25,832 nucleotides of DNA from a bacterium (GCA_050874405.1 JBNMKP010000001.1:1-25832); one strand, 5' to 3'; counted from the stretch's first letter, positions 1 through 8,063 are shown. Program-made: numbers and translations. Notes: generated from the sequence alone by a model not told the origin.

Positions 1-1
1 G

Positions 2-565
2 GTGATGAAATATACAGAATATGATGATGTGTCTTTTGATGTAAAAATTCCTGATAGTCTAGATGGTATGAAATTGTGGTCAGAAACTTTTTTAGAACCT
101 CATTTAAAATATGGCAAAATTTGTTATGATACTGCCGGTTGTTGGCAGGCAAAAGCTCCAACCAAAAATTTGAAAGGAAGTGTTGTCGGTTGGAATAGAA
201 CTGGAATTGGTGTTGGGAACGGTATTATTACAATAAAACTTACTAATGGCGCGAATTTGTGCTTAGATGGATTTGCGAAGTTAGATATGAAAAGATGGTT
301 TGGAACTGATATAACAGATTCTACGTCTTTAGTTGTTTATATTGATGCAAATGGTGATAGTGGGCCAAATATTATTGGAAAAGACATTTATATTGTTGCT
401 TATACTCCGAATGGACTTGTTCCTGCCGGATTTAGCGAATCAAACGAAACAGTTAAAGAAAATTGCAGTAAGACTTCTACTGCTCAAAATGCAGGCTATT
501 ATTGTATAAATTTAGTTAAGGCAAATGGGTGGAAAATCCCTGATGAATTGTGGACGTTGAAATAA
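2..565 (+). CDS. Type IV pilin-like protein, C-terminal part (5' end outside window)
   Basis: Open frame from the window edge. It shares the 'D(A/I/V)NG..PN..G.D' motif (YIDANGDSGPNIIGKDIY) and the C-terminal C..C..GWKI pattern with the three complete pilin-like genes in the window. The N-terminal methylation motif is not visible. Confidence 0.7.
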   Translation: MMKYTEYDDVSFDVKIPDSLDGMKLWSETFLEPHLKYGKICYDTAGCWQAKAPTKNLKGSVVGWNRTGIGVGNGIITIKLTNGANLCLDGFAKLDMKRWFGTDITDSTSLVVYIDANGDSGPNIIGKDIYIVAYTPNGLVPAGFSESNETVKENCSKTSTAQNAGYYCINLVKANGWKIPDELWTLK

Positions 566-689
566 ACTATTTTTAGGGTTTTCAAGTCTTTGACTGTTAA
601 CATATTTTAAAAGAATTTTGTAAAAATAGATATTTGTGATATTATTGATACACAAGAATAGATAAACTTTTGATAAAAAGGGGAAAAAT

Positions 690-1247
690 ATGATTTCAGT
701 AAATGATTTTAAAACAGGTTTGACAGTTGAGTTGGATAACGGTCTTTGGACAGTTGTTGAATTCTTACACGTTAAACCGGGTAAAGGTGCTGCATTCGTT
801 AGATCAAAATTGAAAAACGTTATCACTGGTCAAGTTGTTGAAAAAACATTCAGAGCTGGTGAAAAAGTTGCTAAAGCTACTTTGGACAGACGTGAAATGC
901 AGTATTTGTATAAAGAAGGTACTGCTTACGTTATGATGGATAACGAAACTTATGACCAAATTCACGTCGAAGAAGCTCAAATTGGTAGCGGAGTTAAATA
1001 CTTAAAAGAAAATATGAACGTTATGGTTCTTACTCACGAAGGTAGAATCATTGGTGTTGATATTCCTGCTCACGTTGAGTTAGAAGTTGTTGATACTCCT
1101 CCATCTGAAAAAGGAAACACTTCTCAAGGTGGTACAAAACCTGCAACATTAGAAACAGGTGCTGTTGTTAACGTTCCATTCTTCGTAGCAATCGGTGACG
1201 TTATCAGAGTTGATACCAGAACTAATGAATACTTAGATAGATGCTAG
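690..1247 (+). CDS. efp: Elongation factor P
   Basis: [10 protein letters not shown] start, [12 protein letters not shown] loop, [16 protein letters not shown]; purine-rich SD upstream. Confidence 0.97.
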   Translation: MISVNDFKTGLTVELDNGLWTVVEFLHVKPGKGAAFVRSKLKNVITGQVVEKTFRAGEKVAKATLDRREMQYLYKEGTAYVMMDNETYDQIHVEEAQIGSGVKYLKENMNVMVLTHEGRIIGVDIPAHVELEVVDTPPSEKGNTSQGGTKPATLETGAVVNVPFFVAIGDVIRVDTRTNEYLDRC

Positions 1248-1291
1248 TAGCTTCTATTGATTTTATTTCGGTAATATAAAGAGGAAAACAA

Positions 1292-1741
1292 ATGAAATTT
1301 GAAACAGATTATATAGAAAAATTGGCTAAGGTTTTAGCGGATACAGGTTTAACAGAAATTTCTTTAGAAGATGGTGAACAAGCTATCACTTTGAGAAAAG
1401 ATGTTATTGTTGCTCCTGTAGCTTCTGCTCCGGTTGCTGCTCAAGTACCTGTTGCTCCAGCAGTTGCACCTGCTCAAGCTCCTGCTACTTCCGAACCGGC
1501 TAAAAAAGGAACTCCAATCACTTCTCCAATGGTTGGAACATTCTACAAATCACCATCTCCTGATGCTGATGCATTTGTTGCTGTTGGCGATAATGTTAAA
1601 GTTGGAGATGTCGTTTGTATCGTTGAAGCAATGAAAATGATGAACGAAATTAAGTCTGAAATCGCAGGTAAAGTTGTTGAAATTTGTGTTGAAGACGGTC
1701 AACCTGTTGAATTCGGACAAGTTCTTATGTATGTAGAATAA
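1292..1741 (+). CDS. accB: Acetyl-CoA carboxylase biotin carboxyl carrier protein
   Basis: Ala/Pro-rich linker, [10 protein letters not shown], biotinylation motif EAMKM; AAGAGG SD. Confidence 0.97.
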   Translation: MKFETDYIEKLAKVLADTGLTEISLEDGEQAITLRKDVIVAPVASAPVAAQVPVAPAVAPAQAPATSEPAKKGTPITSPMVGTFYKSPSPDADAFVAVGDNVKVGDVVCIVEAMKMMNEIKSEIAGKVVEICVEDGQPVEFGQVLMYVE

Positions 1742-1815
1742 TAATTTAAAATTGTTGAAAGTGAATGGTTTTTAAACTGTTCACTTTCAAGTTTTTGATA
1801 AGGGATATTTGGAAA

Positions 1816-3174
1816 ATGTTTAGAAAAGTATTAATAGCAAATAGAGGCGAAATTGCAGTTAGAATTATTAGAGCTTGCCGTGAATTAGGTATTCCGACTG
1901 TTGCAATTTATTCTCAAGCAGATGCAAATTCTTTGCACGTAAGATTGGCAACTGAAGCTTATTGTATCGGACCTGCAAAAAGTGCTGATAGTTATTTGAG
2001 CATTCCTGCAATTATGTCTGCTGCAATGGTATCTGGTGCAGATGCTATTCACCCAGGGTATGGGTTTATGTCTGAAAGAGCAGATTTTGCTGAAATTTGT
2101 GAAAAACAAGGTATAAAATTCATCGGACCTACAGCAGAAGCTATGAGAAAAATGGGAGATAAAGCTACTGCTCGTAAAACAATGATTGAAAATGATGTTC
2201 CTGTTACTCCTGGTACTGGAATTGTTAAAACTGTTGAAGAAGTTCAAGACTTTGCAAATGAAGTTGGCTATCCAATCATTTTGAAAGCAACTGCAGGTGG
2301 CGGCGGTAAAGGTATGAGAATTTGCCGTAGCGATGAAGAAGTTGAATTGAATATGGAACTTTGTCAATCAGAAGCTAAAAACTTCTTTGGTAATCCAGAT
2401 GTTTATGCTGAAAAATATTTGGAAAATCCAAGACATATCGAAGTCCAAATTTTAGGTGACAGTTTTGGTAACGTTGTTCACTTAGGTGAAAGAGATTGTT
2501 CTATTCAAAGAAGACACCAAAAATTGTTGGAAGAAGCTCCATCTCCTGCAATCAACGAAGAAACCAGAAAACAAATGGGTGCAGCAGCTGTTCGTGCTGC
2601 TAAAGCAATCAATTACGAGGGTGCAGGTACTTGTGAATTCTTACTTGACCATGATGGTAAATGGTACTTTATGGAAATGAACACAAGAATTCAAGTTGAA
2701 CACTGTGTTACTGAAATGATTTCAAGTGTTGATTTAGTAAGAGAACAAATTCTTGTAGCTGCAGGTGAAAAATTAAGCTATACTCAAAATGATATTCACT
2801 TAAAAGGACACGCAATTGAGTGTAGGATTAATGCAGAAAATCCAAGAAAAGGTTTTATGCCTAACCCTGGAACTATTTCAGGCTACTTAGCTCCTGGAGG
2901 TTTTGGTGTAAGAGTTGATTCTCATGTTTACCAAGATTACACAATTCCTCCATACTACGATTCAATGATTGGTAAATTGATTTGTTGGGGTCGAACTCGT
3001 AACGAAGCAAGACGTAGAATGTATAGAGCATTGAAAGAATATGTTGTTACAGGTGTTGAAACAACTATTCCATTTCACCAAGCTATTATTGAAGATGAAG
3101 TTTTCATGAGCGGAAAATTTAATACTGGGTTTATTGAAGATTTCTACAAACGTAAAGGTTTGAGTGAAGAATAA
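1816..3174 (+). CDS. accC: Acetyl-CoA carboxylase biotin carboxylase
   Basis: MFRKVLIANRGEIA, HPGYGF, ATAGGGGKG, ERDCSIQRRHQK, EMNTRIQVEH. Start moved from 1765 to ATG 1816 where family homology begins. Confidence 0.97.
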   Translation: MFRKVLIANRGEIAVRIIRACRELGIPTVAIYSQADANSLHVRLATEAYCIGPAKSADSYLSIPAIMSAAMVSGADAIHPGYGFMSERADFAEICEKQGIKFIGPTAEAMRKMGDKATARKTMIENDVPVTPGTGIVKTVEEVQDFANEVGYPIILKATAGGGGKGMRICRSDEEVELNMELCQSEAKNFFGNPDVYAEKYLENPRHIEVQILGDSFGNVVHLGERDCSIQRRHQKLLEEAPSPAINEETRKQMGAAAVRAAKAINYEGAGTCEFLLDHDGKWYFMEMNTRIQVEHCVTEMISSVDLVREQILVAAGEKLSYTQNDIHLKGHAIECRINAENPRKGFMPNPGTISGYLAPGGFGVRVDSHVYQDYTIPPYYDSMIGKLICWGRTRNEARRRMYRALKEYVVTGVETTIPFHQAIIEDEVFMSGKFNTGFIEDFYKRKGLSEE

Positions 3175-3204
3175 GGCACAAAATTAATAAAATAAACGAT
3201 AACA

Positions 3205-3237
3205 AAAAGAAACTGACATTATTTGTCAGTTTCTTTT
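3205..3237. terminator. Bidirectional intrinsic terminator between convergent accC and XRE gene
   Basis: AAAAGAAACTGACA-TTATT-TGTCAGTTTCTTTT, a perfect 14-bp inverted repeat with A/T tails on both sides. Confidence 0.8.
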
Positions 3238-3554
3238 ATATTAAATCCGTCAAAATATTTATAAATATAAGGAATTTGACTATCTTTGATGTTGTCTATA
3301 TTTTTAATTATAACTTTTTTCATGTCATTTATTGTCAGAGAGTTGTCAAAATCAAAAAATGCTTTTAATTCGACATTTAAAATTTTGGAAATTTTTTCTA
3401 GGGTAACAAGTGATGGAAAACTTCTCCCACTTTCAATTCCACTTAAAGAGCCGGTTTCGATACCAATGAGTTCGGATAGTTTTTCTTGTGTTAAACCTGC
3501 ATTTTTTCTTATTTGCTTAATTCTTTTTCCTAATAATTTTTTATTTTCAGTCAA
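3219..3554 (-). CDS. XRE/Cro-C1 family HTH transcriptional regulator
   Basis: LGKRIKQIRKNAGLTQEKLSELIGIETGSLSGIESGRSFPSLVTLEKISKIL is a typical XRE HTH; TTG start preceded by AGGAG. Confidence 0.9.
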   Translation of the reverse strand: MTENKKLLGKRIKQIRKNAGLTQEKLSELIGIETGSLSGIESGRSFPSLVTLEKISKILNVELKAFFDFDNSLTINDMKKVIIKNIDNIKDSQIPYIYKYFDGFNIKETDK

Positions 3555-3623
3555 AATATTTCTCCTATATCTAAAAATATAATTGACTTTTGAATTATAA
3601 ATAAGTGAAATAAATTCGTTCTA

Positions 3624-3652
3624 TTGACAAAAGTACATAATTAATCAATACT
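3624..3652 (+). promoter_or_regulatory. Candidate sigma70 promoter for pilin 3708
   Basis: TTGACA (3624-3629), 17 nt, AATACT (3647-3652). Perfect -35, weaker -10. Confidence 0.45.
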
Positions 3653-3707
3653 TAAATGTAAAAACTCTGCATATATTTTGTAGTTTTTGGAATAATAAGA
3701 GGTATTT

Positions 3708-4691
3708 ATGAATAAGATTTTGAAATGTATAAATGAATGGAAAAGTGAAGATTATAACTTGTCTTCGTGTTTTGGATTGTTACGTCACTTCGTGAAAAAA
3801 AATTCCCACTTGAGAATAAATGTTCCTCACAATGACGGTGAAGTTTGTTCCCTCGCCCATTTATGGGAGAGGGTTAGGGTGAGGGCTGCATTTACTTTTT
3901 CAGATGCTACGCACATAGACGTGCCACCAACAAAGCAGAAACTTGCATTCACATTGGCAGAAGTTTTAATCACTCTCGGTATCATTGGAGTTGTTGCAGC
4001 GATGACTATTCCGACATTGATTACGGCATATCAAAAAGAAGTAACTGTTCAACGATTAAAACAAATGTATAGCATAATTAATCAAGCAGCAAAAATGTAC
4101 ACAAATGATACAGAAACAGAGTTTGGGTCATTTGATACTCAATTAACACCAAAAGAATTTTTTGAAAAATATTTCTCTTCTTATTTAAAGGTTGTTCAAA
4201 CTTGTGAACCTGCGAATGAGTGTTATAAAAATGAAACCCCCATTGCTATTGATAGAAAAACACCAATTAGTTTACCTCCATATATGGTTGGTTTGATAAA
4301 TGGAACTTTTGTTGGGTATATCACTACTGTAGGTGGAGCATTATTTTATGTTGATATAAATGGTGCTTCAAAACCTAATAAATCCGGTCGTGATATTTTT
4401 TATTTTTATCTTTTCAACCCTGATACTCTTGGTGAAAATTTTGGGGGGTGTGCAGAAATTTTAAATAATCTGAAAAATAATCTTAAAGCTGGATTATACC
4501 CTGGAGGGTTTGCAACTTGTTATATACCATTTACATCATATAAAAGAAATGAGTTAGTTGATAATAATTCAGAAATCCATAGAAATTGTTCTCGTAATCC
4601 AAAAAGAATTGATGGTGCAGGAGCTGGAGATGCTTGCGCAGCCGTAATTATGTTAGACGGTTGGAAGATTAATAAAGATTATCCTTGGTAA
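3708..4691 (+). CDS. Type IV pilin-like protein with an 80-aa leader
   Basis: A|FTLAEVLITLGIIGVVAAMTIP methylation motif at residue 81 (nt 3948), DINGASKPNKSGRDIF motif, C-terminal Cys pair and DGWKINKDYPW; AAGAGGT SD before ATG 3708. Confidence 0.9.
   Translation: MNKILKCINEWKSEDYNLSSCFGLLRHFVKKNSHLRINVPHNDGEVCSLAHLWERVRVRAAFTFSDATHIDVPPTKQKLAFTLAEVLITLGIIGVVAAMTIPTLITAYQKEVTVQRLKQMYSIINQAAKMYTNDTETEFGSFDTQLTPKEFFEKYFSSYLKVVQTCEPANECYKNETPIAIDRKTPISLPPYMVGLINGTFVGYITTVGGALFYVDINGASKPNKSGRDIFYFYLFNPDTLGENFGGCAEILNNLKNNLKAGLYPGGFATCYIPFTSYKRNELVDNNSEIHRNCSRNPKRIDGAGAGDACAAVIMLDGWKINKDYPW
3774..3836 (-). repeat. Palindromic element copy A (GTCATT..GAG...GTGACGTA..AATCC family), in frame inside pilin leader
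   Basis: Reverse complement reads GTCATTGTGAGGAAC...GAAGTGACGTAACAATCC. The ends match copies at 23778-23841 and 23874-23938. Confidence 0.7.
3850..3885 (+). repeat. GC-rich hairpin / G-quadruplex element inside pilin leader
   Basis: CCCTC-G-CCCAT-TT-ATGGG-A-GAGGG hairpin followed by TTAGGGTGAGGG. Four GGG runs at 3865-3885 in an otherwise AT-rich gene. Confidence 0.75.
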
Positions 4692-4735
4692 ATGTTTTTG
4701 TTCTATAATTTATGTAGTGTAACAACCAAAATAAT

Positions 4736-4759
4736 GTAGGTCGGCATTGCTATGCCGAC
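4736..4759 (+). repeat. GTAG-type REP element (upstream of RAYT)
   Basis: GTAG + GTCGGCAT-TGCT-ATGCCGAC (8-bp stem); identical to 5323-5346. Confidence 0.9.
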
Positions 4760-4779
4760 AATCAAAAAGAAGAATTTTT

Positions 4780-5292
4780 ATGAATTATAGACGAATTTAT
4801 ATTCCGAATTCAAAAGTGTTTATAACTGTAGTTACAAATAATCGAATTCCGATATTGAAAGCTCGTGAAAGCTTACTATTAAGTTCTATTAATGATGCTT
4901 CAAAATATTATGACTTTGAAATTGACTGCTTCTCTATATTGAACGACCATTTTCACTTTCTTTTATCAACGAGAAATATTTTAGATTATCCCAAAATTGT
5001 TCATTCTATAAAATATAATTTTACAAAATGTGTCGGCGTGGCAACGCCGACCTACAATAAGAAATCTTCATTATGGCAGAATAGATATTTTGAACATTCA
5101 ATTATTGATGAGAATGATTTATATAAACATATCGATTATATTCACTACAATCCTGTAAAACATGGTTATGTTTCAAAAGCTATAGATTGGAAATATTCTT
5201 CTTTTGAAGAATTTGTAGAGTGTGGATATTATGAAAAGGATTGGTGTAATTTTGGGGATAAGTATGGTATAAATAATTATAATTGTGAATAA
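4780..5292 (+). mobile_element. REP-associated tyrosine transposase (RAYT, Y1 HUH family), 170 aa
   Basis: N-terminal YRR and FITVVT, HUH motif DHFH, WQNRYFEH, catalytic YIHYNPVKHG, DWKYSS; flanked by REPs. ATG 4780 preferred over TTG 4747, which lies inside the REP. Confidence 0.9.
5032..5055 (-). repeat. GTAG-type REP element inside the RAYT coding sequence
   Basis: Reverse complement is GTAG + GTCGGCGT-TGCC-ACGCCGAC; read in frame as VGVATPTY. Confidence 0.85.
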
Positions 5293-5322
5293 ATAAAATG
5301 AACTTTTTATTATTAATACAAA

Positions 5323-5346
5323 GTAGGTCGGCATTGCTATGCCGAC
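5323..5346 (+). repeat. GTAG-type REP element (downstream of RAYT)
   Basis: GTAGGTCGGCATTGCTATGCCGAC, identical to 4736-4759. Confidence 0.9.
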
Positions 5347-5368
5347 AGATAATTAGAGGGCTACAAAA

Positions 5369-6544
5369 ATGACAAAAACATATAATGATGCGGTAAAATT
5401 GTTAACATCTGTCGGAAAATTTCATATTTCTTTGGGTTTAGATAGAATGTTAAAAATTATGGATTTGCTCGGCAATCCACAGGACAAATTGAACTGTATT
5501 CATGTTGCAGGAACGAATGGTAAAGGCTCTGTTTGTGCCATTTTATCTTCGATTTTAACTTGTGCTGGACAAAAAGTTGGACTTTATACTTCTCCTCATA
5601 TTTTTAAATATACAGAACGAATTCAAATATGTGGAAACCCGATTACAGATGACGATTTTGCAAAATATGTTTTTGAAATCTCTGATTTGGCAGATAAAAA
5701 TAATATTGATTTGACTGAGTTTGAAATTTTAACTGCCGTAATGTTCAAATATTTTTATGATAATGATGTTGATGTTGTTGTACTTGAAACCGGCTTGGGT
5801 GGGAGATTTGATGCTACAAATATTATAAAAAGAAATTTGTGCTCAATTATTACCCATGTTGATTTGGATCATACTGAAAGACTTGGCAATACGATTGATG
5901 AGATAGCATCAGAAAAAGCCGGAATTATTAAGCCAAATTGCCCTTGTATCGTGTTTGAGGGTCGAGAGGTTTATAGAGATGTAACAGATAAATTAGAATC
6001 TTTACTCCTTATGGTCGCACCTTTTGCACCAACAACAGAATTGGCTTTGAAAGGTTCTTACCAACAAGAAAATTTGTCACTTGCTCTTGCTGCTATTGAG
6101 GAGATTTTTCCAGAAATTTCGCAAGAAGTAATTGATGAGGGGTTAAGACGAGTTAAACACCCTTGCAGATTTCAATATATAGAAGATAAAAATTTGATAA
6201 TTGATGGCGCACATAATCCAAATGGAATAAATTCTCTAAGACAAAGTTTAGATATGTATTACCCCAATACTAATCGTAGGTTTATTTTTGGTTGTTTAAA
6301 AAATAAGGATTATGCAAAAATGGTTCAAAACTTGTTTATGCAAGGAGATGAAATCTATTTTTACCATTTTAAACATCAAAATTCATGTTCTGTTCAAGAA
6401 TTGCAAAGAGTTTGTCCATTTGACTCAAAAGAACTGACTCTGGATACTCAAATAGATTTTAATGATGGGCATTTGAATATTATTTGCGGTTCATTTTATA
6501 TGATATCAGAACTTGCGCAAAGATTTGATATTAATATATTTTAA
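5369..6544 (+). CDS. folC: Folylpolyglutamate synthase / dihydrofolate synthase
   Basis: IHVAGTNGKGS, LYTSPH, ETGLGGRFDATN, DGAHNP, CGSFY. Confidence 0.93.
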   Translation: MTKTYNDAVKLLTSVGKFHISLGLDRMLKIMDLLGNPQDKLNCIHVAGTNGKGSVCAILSSILTCAGQKVGLYTSPHIFKYTERIQICGNPITDDDFAKYVFEISDLADKNNIDLTEFEILTAVMFKYFYDNDVDVVVLETGLGGRFDATNIIKRNLCSIITHVDLDHTERLGNTIDEIASEKAGIIKPNCPCIVFEGREVYRDVTDKLESLLLMVAPFAPTTELALKGSYQQENLSLALAAIEEIFPEISQEVIDEGLRRVKHPCRFQYIEDKNLIIDGAHNPNGINSLRQSLDMYYPNTNRRFIFGCLKNKDYAKMVQNLFMQGDEIYFYHFKHQNSCSVQELQRVCPFDSKELTLDTQIDFNDGHLNIICGSFYMISELAQRFDINIF

Positions 6545-6552
6545 CTTATTGC

Positions 6553-6581
6553 TTGCAAATATTCATTTTGCATAATATAAT
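6553..6581 (+). promoter_or_regulatory. Sigma70 promoter of rpmI-rplT
   Basis: TTGCAA-17 nt-TATAAT. Confidence 0.75.
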
Positions 6582-6592
6582 GAATTCAGCCG

Positions 6593-6626
6593 AAAGTTAT
6601 GGGCTTTGGTATGCCTATAATTTTTT
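6593..6626 (+). promoter_or_regulatory. Hairpin plus T-run in the rpmI 5' leader (possible attenuator)
   Basis: TTATGGGC-TTTGGTAT-GCCTATAA followed by TTTTTT, between the promoter and the SD. Confidence 0.4.
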
Positions 6627-6657
6627 AGTTACTACTTTAAAACAAAAGGAGAAGAAA

Positions 6658-6867
6658 ATGCCAAAAATGAAAACACACAGAGCAGCTGCTAAACGTTACA
6701 AAGTAACTGCAACTGGAAAAATTATGAAAAGACAAGCAGGCATAGGCCACTTGCTCCAACACAAATCAGCATCTAGAAAACGTAGAATTTTCAAGATGGT
6801 TGGTGTTTCTGAGTCACATGTAGCATTGGTATCTAAAGAGTTACCATACAAGAAGTATTCAAGATAG
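6658..6867 (+). CDS. rpmI: 50S ribosomal protein L35
   Basis: MPKMKTHRAAAKRYKVTATGKI, HLLQHKS; AGGAG SD. The true start is 6658, not 6553. Confidence 0.95.
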   Translation: MPKMKTHRAAAKRYKVTATGKIMKRQAGIGHLLQHKSASRKRRIFKMVGVSESHVALVSKELPYKKYSR

Positions 6868-6880
6868 GAGCGAATAAAAA

Positions 6881-7225
6881 ATGAGAATTAAACGTGGTAA
6901 TGCTGGTGTTAAAAGACACAAAAAAATATTAAAACTTGCTAAAGGCTTTATTGGTGCTAGAAGCAGAATCTTCAAAGTTGCTAATATTGCAGTTATGAAA
7001 GCTTTAAAATATGCTTACAGAGATAGACGTACTACAAAACGTAATATGAGAAGATTATGGATTGTAAGAATCAACGCAGCTGTTAGATCTCGTGGCATGA
7101 GCTATTCAAGATTCGTTAATGCTTGCAAAAAAGCTAACGTAGTTGTAAATAGAAAAATGCTAGCTGATTTAGCTGTAAAAGATCCTGAAGCATTTAATGT
7201 ACTTTTCGAAACTATTTCAAAATAG
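6881..7225 (+). CDS. rplT: 50S ribosomal protein L20
   Basis: [44 protein letters not shown]. Confidence 0.97.
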   Translation: MRIKRGNAGVKRHKKILKLAKGFIGARSRIFKVANIAVMKALKYAYRDRRTTKRNMRRLWIVRINAAVRSRGMSYSRFVNACKKANVVVNRKMLADLAVKDPEAFNVLFETISK

Positions 7226-7244
7226 TTAAAAGTGTTTCAAAGTT

Positions 7245-7287
7245 AAAAAGAGTTGGTTTGGAGAAGTCTGAACCAACTCTTTTTCTT
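7245..7287 (+). terminator. Intrinsic terminator of rpmI-rplT
   Basis: AAAAAGAGTTGGTT...AACCAACTCTTTTT, 14-bp stem with T tail. Confidence 0.85.
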
Positions 7288-7302
7288 TGTTAACGATTGT
7301 AC

Positions 7303-7340
7303 AAAGAGGGCGATTTTGCATTAGCAAAATCGCCCTCTTT
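7303..7340 (-). terminator. Terminator after pilin 7359-8063
   Basis: AAAGAGGGCGATTTTGC-ATTA-GCAAAATCGCCCTCTTT, a perfect 17-bp inverted repeat. Confidence 0.8.
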
Positions 7341-7358
7341 AATAAAACTTATCAAAAA

Positions 7359-8063
7359 TTAGTGACCATTATATAACTTTTTAAAGTAGTCTTGGTCAGT
7401 TGAAGCATAGTATGCACAAGTCATACCATTTAAATTACTGTTGCTATTTGCATCACAGTAAGTTGCAGGATTTGAACTCCAAGTTGCAGTTGTTCCAGGA
7501 GCTCCAACAGGGAGAACGTCTCCTTTAACTATTTCAAAAGTGAATAAATCCCAACCCCATTTGTTTGGACGGTTGTTCTTTCCGTTTATGTCAATAGAAA
7601 CAAGTAGTCCGTTTGGATTGTCTGCAGGGTTTTCAATTACAAATAACATTCCATTGTTTATAACAAAAGCTCCATCATCAAGCATGTGTGCATTCATTTT
7701 TGTATTGTTATTTTTTCTAATAGTATAATCAGAGGTATTATCTCTGTTTGTTGTTGAAATACAAACACTATCATTTGTTGCAGCATATACACCACAATCA
7801 ATTGTAACTTTTTGATATTGTTTTATTACAGGGTAGAAAGCACCTGCTGTCATATAGTTTTTAGGATCTGTTGATACTTCATCTGCGTCCATTTCTGCAA
7901 TTGATTTTGCTAGAATTGCGTATGCAGTATTAAGCTGAGCTTTTGCTTTCGCAGCTTTTTGCCCAAGCACTAATTGTGGCATAACCAATATCGCAACAAC
8001 CCCAATTACAGTTAGTGCAATCAAAATTTCTCCAAGAGTGAATGCTAAAAACTTCTTTATCAT
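7359..8063 (-). CDS. Type IV pilin-like protein
   Basis: MIKKFLA|FTLGEILIALTVIGVVAILVMP, DINGKNNRPNKWGWDLF motif, C-terminal Cys pair. Confidence 0.9.
   Translation of the reverse strand: MIKKFLAFTLGEILIALTVIGVVAILVMPQLVLGQKAAKAKAQLNTAYAILAKSIAEMDADEVSTDPKNYMTAGAFYPVIKQYQKVTIDCGVYAATNDSVCISTTNRDNTSDYTIRKNNNTKMNAHMLDDGAFVINNGMLFVIENPADNPNGLLVSIDINGKNNRPNKWGWDLFTFEIVKGDVLPVGAPGTTATWSSNPATYCDANSNSNLNGMTCAYYASTDQDYFKKLYNGH

Noticed and set aside
512-2680. Short overlapping ORFs (512-826, 1434-1634, 1885-2367, 2486-2680) and similar shadow ORFs elsewhere in the track
   Set aside because: They overlap well-supported genes in other frames or strands and have no motifs or SD.
4443-4448. G6 run in the pilin coding region as a phase-variation tract
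   Set aside because: Too short to be convincing; it is simply two Gly codons.
4780-5292. IS200/IS605 element
   Set aside because: No tnpB, and the flanking GTAG REP hairpins plus the WQ..EH and NPVKHG motifs fit RAYT better.
6553-6657. 35-aa N-terminal extension of L35 in the ORF track
   Set aside because: The region is the promoter and leader; the SD points to ATG 6658.
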